From assembly GCA_040225955.1 (NCBI GenBank), contig JBECUL010000001.1:1-64000 (forward strand): 64,000 nucleotides of DNA, written 5' to 3'. Under the pieces are notes generated by a model. It saw nothing but the letters and a program-made list of their open reading frames with translations, made no database searches and was not told the DNA's origin. How positions within the stretch are numbered: the first letter of the stretch is position 1; each line of letters starts with the position of its first letter. Shown one piece after another: positions 39,954 through 49,787 of this stretch. Both the position numbers and the translations under genes were made by a program. Source of the DNA: Candidatus Asgardarchaeum abyssi. GTDB lineage: Archaea > Asgardarchaeota > Asgardarchaeia > Asgardarchaeales > Asgardarchaeaceae.

Positions 39954-42019
39954 CTATAGGCACTTATAGTGAGACTCAAAGCCGTAAGAGAGAATATCAT
40001 ACAACTCGTGTAGTATACTTTCTGGATTCTTAATTTTGATTGCATTAAGTATCGATGTATCGAGTTTATATCTATATTTATCATATAGCTGATCCCAAAG
40101 AGGAGGAAGGGGCTTCTGTATGATATTATCAATATTTCGAACTATTTGCATAGCACAGTAATTCTCAATAGAGTTTACATTAATTAAAGGTAATTCTAAA
40201 TAATCATTCTCGACAAACCTCGTCCAAGTATCTGATATCCTTCTTCCTAGTAGTATTAGCGTTGAAATAAAGATCGTGCTATTAAACCAACTAGTAATTA
40301 TTTTTGAGGTAATGCCATCGTGATCCTTAATTATGTAAAAGTTCTTTGACGCAGAAATATTTTCTTTTGAGTAATTTGCAAATACGCCTCTCTGCTTAAA
40401 TGATAAATCAACTTTATCAGGGATAAAAACATGACCAAACGGCTTCTTACTCCTTATCTGTTTATATGTATGACTATACCAGTATGCACCATATGCATTA
40501 ATAGCTGGCTTCGCTGATCCAGAAAGCATTCCCCATTTGATATAATATTGTAAGTCTTTAGGCAGTTCATTGATTTCAACTAGGGGAATTGAGAGAGCAT
40601 AGCTATTTGATGTTATTTCAATAGAATTACTATAAAGACTGGGTTTTCTAAGAGTTTTTACTAGAAATTTCTTATTTATTTCCAAACAATCTTTATTTTT
40701 GAGATTACTAATAACTATACTCTCCCGATCATCCTCTATAATCTTCCAATACTTATTTGGTATAAAAAAGAAGTCTGGACCATACATTTCTACCCTCTAA
40801 CGATGCTTCTATTGCCTAAAATCTCATTCCCAAATCCTAAAGTGCCATTTTTTAATCCTTGGTTGAAAATATTTACTACTATTTTCCTAAACTTTTTATT
40901 TTCCAAAAGTGAAAGCCAGTTGGTATCTATAAATCCTGGGAGATTATAGATGTTAATTAGGTAATCGTCTATGTTATGTGAGTCTTTCCTCATAATAATT
41001 CTTGCAACGTCCTTTTCTGCACCATTTAATCTCATGAAAACTGTTTCTGTGTTTCTATTAACTTCTTTTATAGCAACTATTATGACTTCTTTAAATCCGC
41101 TATCTTCCGAAAATGATATCTTAGACGTGTGATCTATAAATCCCAATAAGGTATATTTTTCCCTTAGAAGTTTTTTATATCCTCTACCATACAGCGTATA
41201 AAAAGTTGAGGCAGGAAGAACTGCTGCAAGTAAACCATTATCATTCAGAATAAAGTCTGCTAGAAACATTGATAATACTTGCAAGCCTGTTTCTCTTCGG
41301 GTTAAGTATCTTTCATAGCCTAATTTCATTATTATCTCAAGTATGTGATCTCTGTAATTTCTATCCAAATGCAACCATCTAGTAAATGGTGGATTGGTTA
41401 GGATGGCATCTGCTTTCGGAATAGGTGAAGTGGAGGATAAAAAGAGCTTTGGAATTACTTTAAAAGAGTCACCTACAATAATTGTAACTTTTTCCATTTC
41501 TCCATTTATAGCTTCTAAAATAGATGCATACGCTACTAATGCAGATAGGGGGAATTTCTCAATACCCCACACTTTCTGTATTCTACTTGCACCAATTTTT
41601 TGAATAGCGGTTGTTAGTGTTCTTGCAGATCCTACAAAAGGATCAGCGAGGACTACACTTTTCTTCTTACGCTCCTTGAGGAATTCATAAGTTATGTTTG
41701 CCATTAAGTTTACTCCTTCATTGACTGTATAAAATGCAGCTAATCTCTTTCTCTTTTTCTCGGGTATGACTTTTTGAACTTCAGTCTGGCACTCTCTAAT
41801 CGAATATTTAATTTTCTTTATTTCTTCTTTAATAAGATCTATCTCTTTAGAGCTTAACTTATTAAAGTTTGATAAAACTGGAAGTTTTGATTCTTTTAAT
41901 GACTCAATATCACTTTTTAGGTATTTCAGTATTGCTTTTAGACAAGTTACAAGTATCTTAAAGCTTTTTGGTGTGGGCTCTATGCCCATTTTTACTAATA
42001 TCTCTGCTTTTTTATTCAT
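39954..42019 (-). CDS. N6-adenine DNA methyltransferase (gamma class, Eco57I/TaqI-like) with TRD, split by one apparent frameshift
   Basis: AFYT, DPFVGSA, TNPPF; adding one G to the run at 40793-40795 fuses both ORFs (RGVEMYGPDFF, about 688 aa). Confidence 0.82.
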
Positions 42020-42094
42020 TTTAACACCTTATTTTGCGATATTCTCTACTACATAATATATAAGACACTCATGACAATTAAGTATGAATATCAT

Positions 42095-42233
42095 CAGTAC
42101 TTCCGTACTATTTTCGAAATAAATATGCTCCTAGACACCAAGATTCGCCTCAGTCCCCATGAAATTTCGAAATCCCAATAAATAATTTTCACAGCCAATA
42201 CGGATTTTTCACCTAATTAGTGCGGGAGTACTG
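42095..42233. mobile_element. 139-bp MITE-like element with 16-bp terminal inverted repeats
   Basis: CAGTACTTCCGTACTA ... TAGTGCGGGAGTACTG (14/16 match), flanked by ATCAT / CTCAT. Confidence 0.6.
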
Positions 42234-42240
42234 CTCATGC

Positions 42241-42261
42241 AAAAATAAAAAATAAAAAAAA
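42241..42261 (-). terminator. Oligo-U terminator of ade
   Basis: T-rich tract on the minus strand directly after the ade stop codon. Confidence 0.5.
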
Positions 42262-44043
42262 TTAGATATATTCTATGACTGGAGAGATGAGTTTTTGCTT
42301 CATAACATCTACGAATCCTTTATCTGTAATAGCATAGAGTGGAATTGCTGCTAGTGGAATGAATATCAAGAACATAAATGGATGATAAATTGTTGAACCT
42401 AATTTGTGCGTAGCTTCTTTGAGCTTTTCAACTTTATCTGCAACAACCTCAGGTGGCTCATCTGACATTAATCCTGCAATTGGAAGTGACAGTTCTGCTA
42501 AAATTTCTCCATTCTTTACAACTACTTGTCCTCCTTGTAACTCTGCAACCCTATTTACAGCGTGTGCCATATCTTCTAAGTTTGTCCCTAATACGACAAT
42601 ATTATGATTATCATGAGCCATGCTTGAAGCAAAAGCACCCTCCTTTAGGTTAAAGCCTCTTATAAAGGCGCTTCCCACATCACCAGTTTTTCCGTGACGT
42701 TCTATAACTGAAATTTGAGCTAGATCTCTTGATGGATCAGGATAAACTACACCATCTTTGATTTCAAAGACATCCTCATCATGCTCTACTATTGGAATTG
42801 TAGGAGGTACTTTCATGACAATTAGTTTGACTTTACCACTACTCTTCTCAACTCTAAATTTCAGATCATCAGGCTCTATTTTCTTCTTCAATTTTACTGT
42901 ATTAAGAAGCACGGGGTCATGTTCAGGCAATGGAAAATCTTTAACCATCTTTCCATCTTTAGCGACCATTTCGCCATTAGCTATTACCGTTTTAACATTG
43001 AATTTTTCTAAATCATCAACTAGCAGAATATCAGCGTATCTTCCAGGAGTTAATGAGCCAACTTCATAGTCAACACGATAGTTCTCAGCTGTGTTAATAG
43101 TAACCATCTGAATAGCTGTTATTGGATCCACACCCTCCTCAATGGCTCTCCTTATCAAGTGATCAAGATGACCATCTTTGAGTAGATCAGGAGCGTCTAC
43201 ATCATCCGTAATCATAATTGCGTATCTAGGATCCACCTTTTTCTCGGTAATAACTTTAATAGTTTCATGTAGGTTTTTAGCAACTGAGCCTTCTCGCATC
43301 ATTAATCGAATTCCATTTCTAATCCTTTGCCAAGCCTCTTCAGTTGTGAATGATTCGTGATCTGAACGAATACCAAAAACAGCATAAGCAGATAACATAG
43401 CATCCTTTAATGTAGGAGCGTGCCCTTCAAGAGTCACTTTTGCATTTTTAGCATATTCTATTGCCTTTAAATAGCTGGGATCGCCCATCAGAACATTCAT
43501 CGCAACAATTTCACTTAATCCTACTGCGTTAGGAATTTGTAATAATTCTTTTACATCTTCAGGTCCTAACTCACCACCCGTTGTTTCAAGACCTGGATGA
43601 AAAGGTATTTTAACTGGAACTATAAAATAGAGTTTCAGTGGGGTTTTATTTGCTTCATCTATCGTTGCTTTAATTCCTTTTACACCTGAGACTATTCCCA
43701 CCTCATGGAAATCACACATAACTGCTGTGGTACCATGAGGCATTACAGCTTGAGCAAAACGAGCGTAGCTTAAGAGACTAGTTTCTACATGAACATGACC
43801 ATCAATTAAGCCTGGAACAATATATGCTCCGTTTGCATCAATAACTTTTGTGTTATCACCTACTGTGTAGTCAACATTACCTATTGCTGCAATTCTTTTT
43901 CCTGTTACTGCTATACCACCTTCAAAAGTCTCCCTAGTTATAGTATTGACGATGACACCATTTTTTATAACAAGGTCGGCAGAGCGCTTACCTAATGCTG
44001 TTAAAACTACATCTTGAATATTTTCCACACCTAACCACTCCAC
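42262..44043 (-). CDS. ade: Adenine deaminase
   Basis: PGLIDGHVHVETS, EGHAP, SDHE, MMREGS, TDD, AHDNHNI. Confidence 0.93.
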   Translation of the reverse strand: MEWLGVENIQDVVLTALGKRSADLVIKNGVIVNTITRETFEGGIAVTGKRIAAIGNVDYTVGDNTKVIDANGAYIVPGLIDGHVHVETSLLSYARFAQAVMPHGTTAVMCDFHEVGIVSGVKGIKATIDEANKTPLKLYFIVPVKIPFHPGLETTGGELGPEDVKELLQIPNAVGLSEIVAMNVLMGDPSYLKAIEYAKNAKVTLEGHAPTLKDAMLSAYAVFGIRSDHESFTTEEAWQRIRNGIRLMMREGSVAKNLHETIKVITEKKVDPRYAIMITDDVDAPDLLKDGHLDHLIRRAIEEGVDPITAIQMVTINTAENYRVDYEVGSLTPGRYADILLVDDLEKFNVKTVIANGEMVAKDGKMVKDFPLPEHDPVLLNTVKLKKKIEPDDLKFRVEKSSGKVKLIVMKVPPTIPIVEHDEDVFEIKDGVVYPDPSRDLAQISVIERHGKTGDVGSAFIRGFNLKEGAFASSMAHDNHNIVVLGTNLEDMAHAVNRVAELQGGQVVVKNGEILAELSLPIAGLMSDEPPEVVADKVEKLKEATHKLGSTIYHPFMFLIFIPLAAIPLYAITDKGFVDVMKQKLISPVIEYI

Positions 44044-44123
44044 AGATATTTATAAAAGTTAGAATTATAGAAGTATTTAAAATTTTGTACTAAATCGCTA
44101 TAGAAGCCGCCTATGAGATTAAC

Positions 44124-45344
44124 TTATGGCCCGATGTGACCTATTACCGTCTGGACAATCACTTTCTTTAATCCCGTACTTTCCAACACCTTTTTTACTT
44201 TGAGCATTTCCTCAGGAGAGGGTTGTTTTATATTTAATCTTCTAAATTCTGGTCTGTAATCAAGTACGCATACTTGTAAATCGGGATCTATAGAACAGAG
44301 CTTATCTCCAATTTTGTATAACTCGTCCATTGTGGGATAGAAAAACTTATTGTATGGAATTCCTACGCCCATAAAAACGCGTTCTGGATAATAATTATCA
44401 GCTATATATTTCACTGCGTTCCATTCCGTATTTAGATATTTTTCTGCTAGTTCTCTATCTTCAATATTTGTTATTAGCTGAAAAGTTTCAACACGTAATC
44501 CCTTTAAGTCAGGACCTATATCTGTAATACCAGCATCCAAGATTAGTTCATCAATGTAATCCTTAGTAAGGATTGTTGCATTTGTGTCTAAATGGAAGCG
44601 AGCTTTCTCATCTTTATTTAGTTTTCTCAATTCCTTGAAAAATTGAATTAACCATCTCCTATTTATAGTAGGCTCGCCACCACTGATAGCCATCCTATCA
44701 ACATGATAGTAATGTCTTATTGAGGTTAATATTTTTGCAGCTTCTTGAGGTGTCATTGGCTTTACTGAGCTATTATATGTCACAAAATAATTCTGACATG
44801 TTGGGCAACGTAAATTACAACCAGCGGTAAAACAAGCAACTTCTACGTACTTGTATCCTTTGAGCCAATAGGGAGTGCCCACACCTCCAACTGTATGCGG
44901 AGAGAAACCTTCAACTCTTCTGAGTGGTACAGCTTTCTCAATATTAGTTGATATAACCATGCCATCTTCTACACGAGTATGGCAGCTTGGCATTAATTTG
45001 CCATTAATTAAAACGGCACATGCAAAACAACCACCAGTATGACATGGAGCAAACAATTTATCTCTTTCGGGGTACTGAGAGAATGCATATCCGCATATCT
45101 CAAGAGCATCTTTAACCGTTATATACTCTGGGACCAAATATTCAACACCATCAATAACGATCTTTATATTTTTTCTTGGATAATCATCAATAACGGGTTC
45201 TATCGCATTATAAGGGCATCCTAAATAGCAGGACATGCATGCTATACAATGCTCTTTGCTTGGACAAGAAATTACAGTTTCACAAAAGCCGCAGTTTCTG
45301 CATTTTTCCTTAATTTTAATATACTTTTTCATCATATTTCTCAA
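44124..45344 (-). CDS. Radical SAM protein (PflA-like) with N-terminal 4Fe-4S and 2Fe-2S ferredoxin-like domains
   Basis: CRNCGFC, CIACMSCYLGCP, CHTGGCFAC..SC, GCNLRCPTCQN, SGGEPT. Confidence 0.88.
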   Translation of the reverse strand: MRNMMKKYIKIKEKCRNCGFCETVISCPSKEHCIACMSCYLGCPYNAIEPVIDDYPRKNIKIVIDGVEYLVPEYITVKDALEICGYAFSQYPERDKLFAPCHTGGCFACAVLINGKLMPSCHTRVEDGMVISTNIEKAVPLRRVEGFSPHTVGGVGTPYWLKGYKYVEVACFTAGCNLRCPTCQNYFVTYNSSVKPMTPQEAAKILTSIRHYYHVDRMAISGGEPTINRRWLIQFFKELRKLNKDEKARFHLDTNATILTKDYIDELILDAGITDIGPDLKGLRVETFQLITNIEDRELAEKYLNTEWNAVKYIADNYYPERVFMGVGIPYNKFFYPTMDELYKIGDKLCSIDPDLQVCVLDYRPEFRRLNIKQPSPEEMLKVKKVLESTGLKKVIVQTVIGHIGP

Positions 45345-45544
45345 AAAGTTTAAATCTTGATACTTTAATAAGCTTTCTGTATATTAGAGGAGGAGGTGAG
45401 CATGAAAATTAGTGCACTTTCGATAATAATTATTAGTAAAATTAATAACTGTTTGGCAAAAAAGTTATATTTAATTATATGTGGAATGGTAAATAGTTTA
45501 TTGTTTTTAGCGGGATGATCGATAACTCGACATGGGTGCTTTGA

Positions 45545-46429
45545 ATGATTTCAATTCTTTATGATGACAAAAGCATTTCGTGGTCCCTTATCACTTTGCT
45601 CAAGAAATTACCTATTGATGATATTATGATAGTTAATATTCCATCTACAGACTTTACACTTAGAAGTGGAATTCATATATCACTAAGTTTTACCCGTTTA
45701 GTTAAGCGTTTGGCGCAGAAGAAAATAAGAAGTACGGGTCATTTTTCAAGCATTCTTAGAGAGTTAGATATTTTGGATAGAGACATTCCAGATATAGATT
45801 TAGCATTGTGTATAGCACAGACATTATGGATGAAAAATGATCTAAGACTCCTTGAGTTCTATAAAAGAATTAGCCTGATCTTAAATATCAAATATAAATT
45901 ATACACACTATTAGACCCCCCTCCCTCAATGTCAATAAAAACATCTCTAGGCGAGTTAGACCCTATTAGCTTCCGAAAATTAAGAAAAGTTCCAGACATC
46001 AAATCTATAGATTTTGTCAACTTAGACAAATCTAATATCATTAAGGAGACAAAAGAGGCTTTGCGACATAGTAGTAAAGTCTTATTATTTCAAACAACAC
46101 CTTTATCAATGTATCTGCTTAAGTCAATAGGCGGTCTTAATAAAATGCTTGAGGAGTTTAAAGGAAGTATCATTTACCTTCTACCAAGGAGACTTTCCTC
46201 GTCTGATAAAGCTATTTTGAAAAAATTGGGATATGCTGAAGATATGGAAGGACTTATTGATTTCTCTTGTGAAAGGGTAGATGTAATAATATTTGATGAT
46301 AAGCATACCAACATAGTTGAAAATTCGTCAAAGTACAATGTAACGCTTTATCCAATGTCCTACAATACTAATGATAAAGAAACATTAAAAAGATTTATTG
46401 ATGATCTGCTTACGATTCTGTATAAGTAG
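45545..46429 (+). CDS. Divergent CofD/UPF0052-fold protein, probably catalytically inactive
   Basis: DFTLRSGIHIS, DIDLALCIAQT, SIKTSLGELD and KEALRHSSKVLL align with CofD segments, but the GG(T/V)G loop and NTGDD motif are absent. Confidence 0.55.
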   Translation: MISILYDDKSISWSLITLLKKLPIDDIMIVNIPSTDFTLRSGIHISLSFTRLVKRLAQKKIRSTGHFSSILRELDILDRDIPDIDLALCIAQTLWMKNDLRLLEFYKRISLILNIKYKLYTLLDPPPSMSIKTSLGELDPISFRKLRKVPDIKSIDFVNLDKSNIIKETKEALRHSSKVLLFQTTPLSMYLLKSIGGLNKMLEEFKGSIIYLLPRRLSSSDKAILKKLGYAEDMEGLIDFSCERVDVIIFDDKHTNIVENSSKYNVTLYPMSYNTNDKETLKRFIDDLLTILYK

Positions 46430-46432
46430 AAG

Positions 46433-47758
46433 GTGCCCACTTTGAGGATAATTCATATTGTCGTTCCTCGTGAACGTGCAGAAATAATGCAGACAATCTT
46501 AAATAAGCTGGGTGTCAGATTCTCTGTAATCAGCGATGAAAAAAACTCACTTTTTTTAGTTACAGAGCGAGATGAAAATGTTGAAATTGTAATTGATGAA
46601 ATTAAAAAACTAGGAGTTGGAGATCTCTACGGGAGCTTTCAAGTTTATGCTCCAGAATATGCTAGTGGCGAGGTTGAGGTAAAAGTCAAAAGAATACCAT
46701 CCAAGAGAGCATCTAGAGAGGAGATTCTTGCAGATGTTCAAGAATTGGCTAGATTAGATAGGAATTATATCCTATATAGCATATTGGCGGCTATGCTGGC
46801 AACCTTAGGACTATTAACAAATAATCTTGTTATCATTATTGCTTCCATGATCATTGCTCCTTTCATAGGCCCGATCTTAGGCACCTCGCTAGGAATTGTA
46901 CTTAACATTGACCAGTTAAGAAAAGAGAGTATGTTATCAGAATTTATAGGAATTGGCCTATCAATATTGACTGGCTTTCTATTTTCAATGATCATGCCAC
47001 ACACAGTGCCAACAACTCAAATAATGCTTCGGGCACACCCAACCTATGTTGATGTTCTTTTTGCTGTTGTGGCTGGATTTGCTGTGGCTATCAGTGTGGT
47101 TAGCGTAACATCTATGGCATTAGTTGGTGTAGCTATTGCTGCGTCGATACTACCTCCAGCTGCAAATATCGGTATTGGATTAACTTTTCTTATAAAGGGA
47201 TCACCATATGCATATGACATAATTTTTGGTTCTACCCTATTACTTGTAATAAACATTCTAGCAATAACTACAATGAGCATAGTGTTCTTCTGGTTCGAAG
47301 GCCTAACACCAGGTGAGTCAATAAGGAAAAAACTAATTGCTAGAAAGGTTGTTAAGAGAAGGTTAATTGCTGTTACCTTTGCATTAATCGTTGTTTTGGT
47401 TCCAATTATTCATTCCGCAGTAATTCACTACAAACAAGAGGAATTTGAAAGTAAAGTACGAAGCTCTGTAATTTCATATATTTCCGATAATTATCCTGAT
47501 GTTGAAATCATAAACCTTGAAGTATCTTATATAGAGAGTAAGAATGTAACCTACATTTATTTGACTATTGGTGTGAATAATGTAAGTCAATCACTAAACA
47601 ACATAGCAAGCGATATAGCTGAATATATTGAAAATGAATACCATGTAAAAGCTAAAGTTTATGTTAGCATATCACTTACCAATGGTTTCTCTAGTACATT
47701 CAGTTATCCAAAAGCAAATCTTATGAGACACTACAAAATCGCTATGCTAAACTCTTAG
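46433..47758 (+). CDS. TIGR00341/DUF389 family membrane protein
   Basis: IIASMIIAPFIGPI and LVGVAIAASILPPA. Confidence 0.88.
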   Translation: MPTLRIIHIVVPRERAEIMQTILNKLGVRFSVISDEKNSLFLVTERDENVEIVIDEIKKLGVGDLYGSFQVYAPEYASGEVEVKVKRIPSKRASREEILADVQELARLDRNYILYSILAAMLATLGLLTNNLVIIIASMIIAPFIGPILGTSLGIVLNIDQLRKESMLSEFIGIGLSILTGFLFSMIMPHTVPTTQIMLRAHPTYVDVLFAVVAGFAVAISVVSVTSMALVGVAIAASILPPAANIGIGLTFLIKGSPYAYDIIFGSTLLLVINILAITTMSIVFFWFEGLTPGESIRKKLIARKVVKRRLIAVTFALIVVLVPIIHSAVIHYKQEEFESKVRSSVISYISDNYPDVEIINLEVSYIESKNVTYIYLTIGVNNVSQSLNNIASDIAEYIENEYHVKAKVYVSISLTNGFSSTFSYPKANLMRHYKIAMLNS

Positions 47759-49103
47759 AGAGTATATCTTTAGCATCGTCAAGTCTGGAGAAGACAAATG
47801 GAACAATAAGTTCTTGCAATGTTAAAGAGCCATGAGTTGCCTTAAGCTCACGTGGTATAATTTCCTCTTTTTTATTTTCATCCGTTTTAACTTTCAAACT
47901 CGCGTTTTCATAAAAGATGACTTGAACATTACCAATTCTTGTAATAACGCGATCTTTATTTTGAATAGTTAACTTAGGATAAAGTTTGTTAATTTTGTCT
48001 TTGGTCTCGATAACGATTCCGTTCCCATTAATTTTCTCACCAATCCAATTAATGAAGGTATTAATGTACTCATCCTTAACATAAAAATGGTATACGCGTC
48101 CACTCACACCAGGGGGATATTTAAGCCAATCCTTTATTTCATCAATTTCATCTTTCTCAATGACCACTCTCTTTTCCTCATGCAAATCAACTTGCCCATG
48201 ATCCGCGAATATGAAAAGAGAAGCCTTTTTGAGTATGCTATCATTTAAAGATTTCAAAAGCCACCACAGGTGTTGTTCTATTACTCTCATCTGAAATTTG
48301 TATTCATCGCTATATGGCCCGTAAAGATGAGCAATCTCGTCCAACTCGGCCAAATAAACCTCAATAAATATTTTCTTCTCTGAATATTTTTCTAAGATTT
48401 GCTTAATTATTGCCATGCAGTCGACTAACGTATCAAAACCCACAACGTAATTAAAGTCGTCAATCAGAAACCAACTGAGCCCCCTTTTTGAAATTCTTTT
48501 AAGGAGCACTTTAGCTCTCATAAAATCGTCATCAGCAATTATGTTATCAAAGATCATTGAGTTCCATAGAAATTTTCTAACATTGACACCAACCATCGGT
48601 AAGGCATCAATAACTTTATAATTTGGCGTTAACATTGCTATTGTATCAACGATATTTCCAATCTCGTCGATGTATATCTTATGACCAAGAATACCATGCT
48701 CCTCAGGAGGAGATGCCGTAGCTATTGATGTCAAAACAGCAGGAGTTATTGTTGGGAAAATGGAGGATAATAAAATACCAGAGTCGTGTTCAAACATTTT
48801 TGTAAGAAGTATCGACTGGCTGATATTCCTATAACCTATTGTATCTATGAGAAAGGATATAACATATTTTGAGTCCAAAACTTCTCTATCGTCTAATACT
48901 TTTTTAATCTCTCTCTTTGTCAAGAGGCTATCTTTATTCTTTACATTTACCCCTTCCACCGCTAATAAACTTGTAGATAAGGCTTTGTAAACATTGTACT
49001 CATAGTTAGGGAGAAATAATTTTTCAGTCCTAAGTAAAGGTTTAACTAGACGCCTCGCCTGCTTCTCTATGTTTGATAACTCCAATTTCTTCACCATTAT
49101 CAT
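47742..49103 (-). CDS. Alkaline phosphatase superfamily protein (nucleotide pyrophosphatase/phosphodiesterase-like)
   Basis: LIDTIG, SIFPTIT, EHGILG, LDEIAHLYGP, ADHGQ, HGSLT. Confidence 0.88.
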   Translation of the reverse strand: MIMVKKLELSNIEKQARRLVKPLLRTEKLFLPNYEYNVYKALSTSLLAVEGVNVKNKDSLLTKREIKKVLDDREVLDSKYVISFLIDTIGYRNISQSILLTKMFEHDSGILLSSIFPTITPAVLTSIATASPPEEHGILGHKIYIDEIGNIVDTIAMLTPNYKVIDALPMVGVNVRKFLWNSMIFDNIIADDDFMRAKVLLKRISKRGLSWFLIDDFNYVVGFDTLVDCMAIIKQILEKYSEKKIFIEVYLAELDEIAHLYGPYSDEYKFQMRVIEQHLWWLLKSLNDSILKKASLFIFADHGQVDLHEEKRVVIEKDEIDEIKDWLKYPPGVSGRVYHFYVKDEYINTFINWIGEKINGNGIVIETKDKINKLYPKLTIQNKDRVITRIGNVQVIFYENASLKVKTDENKKEEIIPRELKATHGSLTLQELIVPFVFSRLDDAKDILSKSLA

Positions 49104-49787
49104 TTATAACCAGTTTTAGTACAGTTTATTTAACTAAAATCGTTTGTCCTCAAAACATCAATATAGTTTCCTTCCTCATCTAAAAATATTTTCACAAGCT
49201 CGTACTTTATAAAAAATATTATTAAAATGACCTAATATAGCTGTTGGGAAACATCATAAAAATGGAAAAGAAATTATTATTGTTGCATGGCTATATATTT
49301 TTCTAAGACAGCTTTGAAGGCCAAATTTATTATCATTTATCTTCACTCACTAAAAAACTTATTTATTAAATTTTTACAAGGCTCATACTATCTAGTACTT
49401 TACTTTTAGTTTATTTTGCAAAAGTAGAGTGAGCCTATTCTATATAATTGGAAAACAAATAGGCCCTACCCACCCTACTTTGCCGTACTTATTAGTCATT
49501 AAATAACAATTTATATAGTACTATTATACATAGTGTTGAATCTTATTTATATCATTTTAATCTAATTATCTTGTGAAAGAGTCTTAAATAATTTACTTTA
49601 GTTCAAAAATCAAGGATCTATCGTATGAGATTCTGGTTTGTGTCATTTCAAAGAAATATGATAAGAAAACAAAAAATAATAAAATTATATTATCATGTAT
49701 AATTTTTTTCAAAAATTGAGATATCATTTTACCATTATTTACATATATTTTTATACTAAATTTAGATTTTTTCAATTGGTGAGTTTT

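Noticed and set aside
35994-42019. BREX system made of the BrxD-like ATPase plus the N6-MTase (as PglX), with the 47.7 kb phosphatase as PglZ
   Set aside because: The genes are dispersed, on different strands and separated by housekeeping genes; sizes and motifs do not match PglX/PglZ, and brxA/B/C/L are absent.
42095-42233. 5S rRNA, hammerhead ribozyme or C/D box sRNA reading of the stem-closed element
   Set aside because: The interior is AT-rich with no 5S conserved motifs, and the CUGAUGA/GAAA or C/D boxes are not in the required order.
49103-49787. Replication origin in the long AT-rich intergenic region
   Set aside because: No recognisable ORB repeats with G-strings and no adjacent cdc6/orc1 gene.
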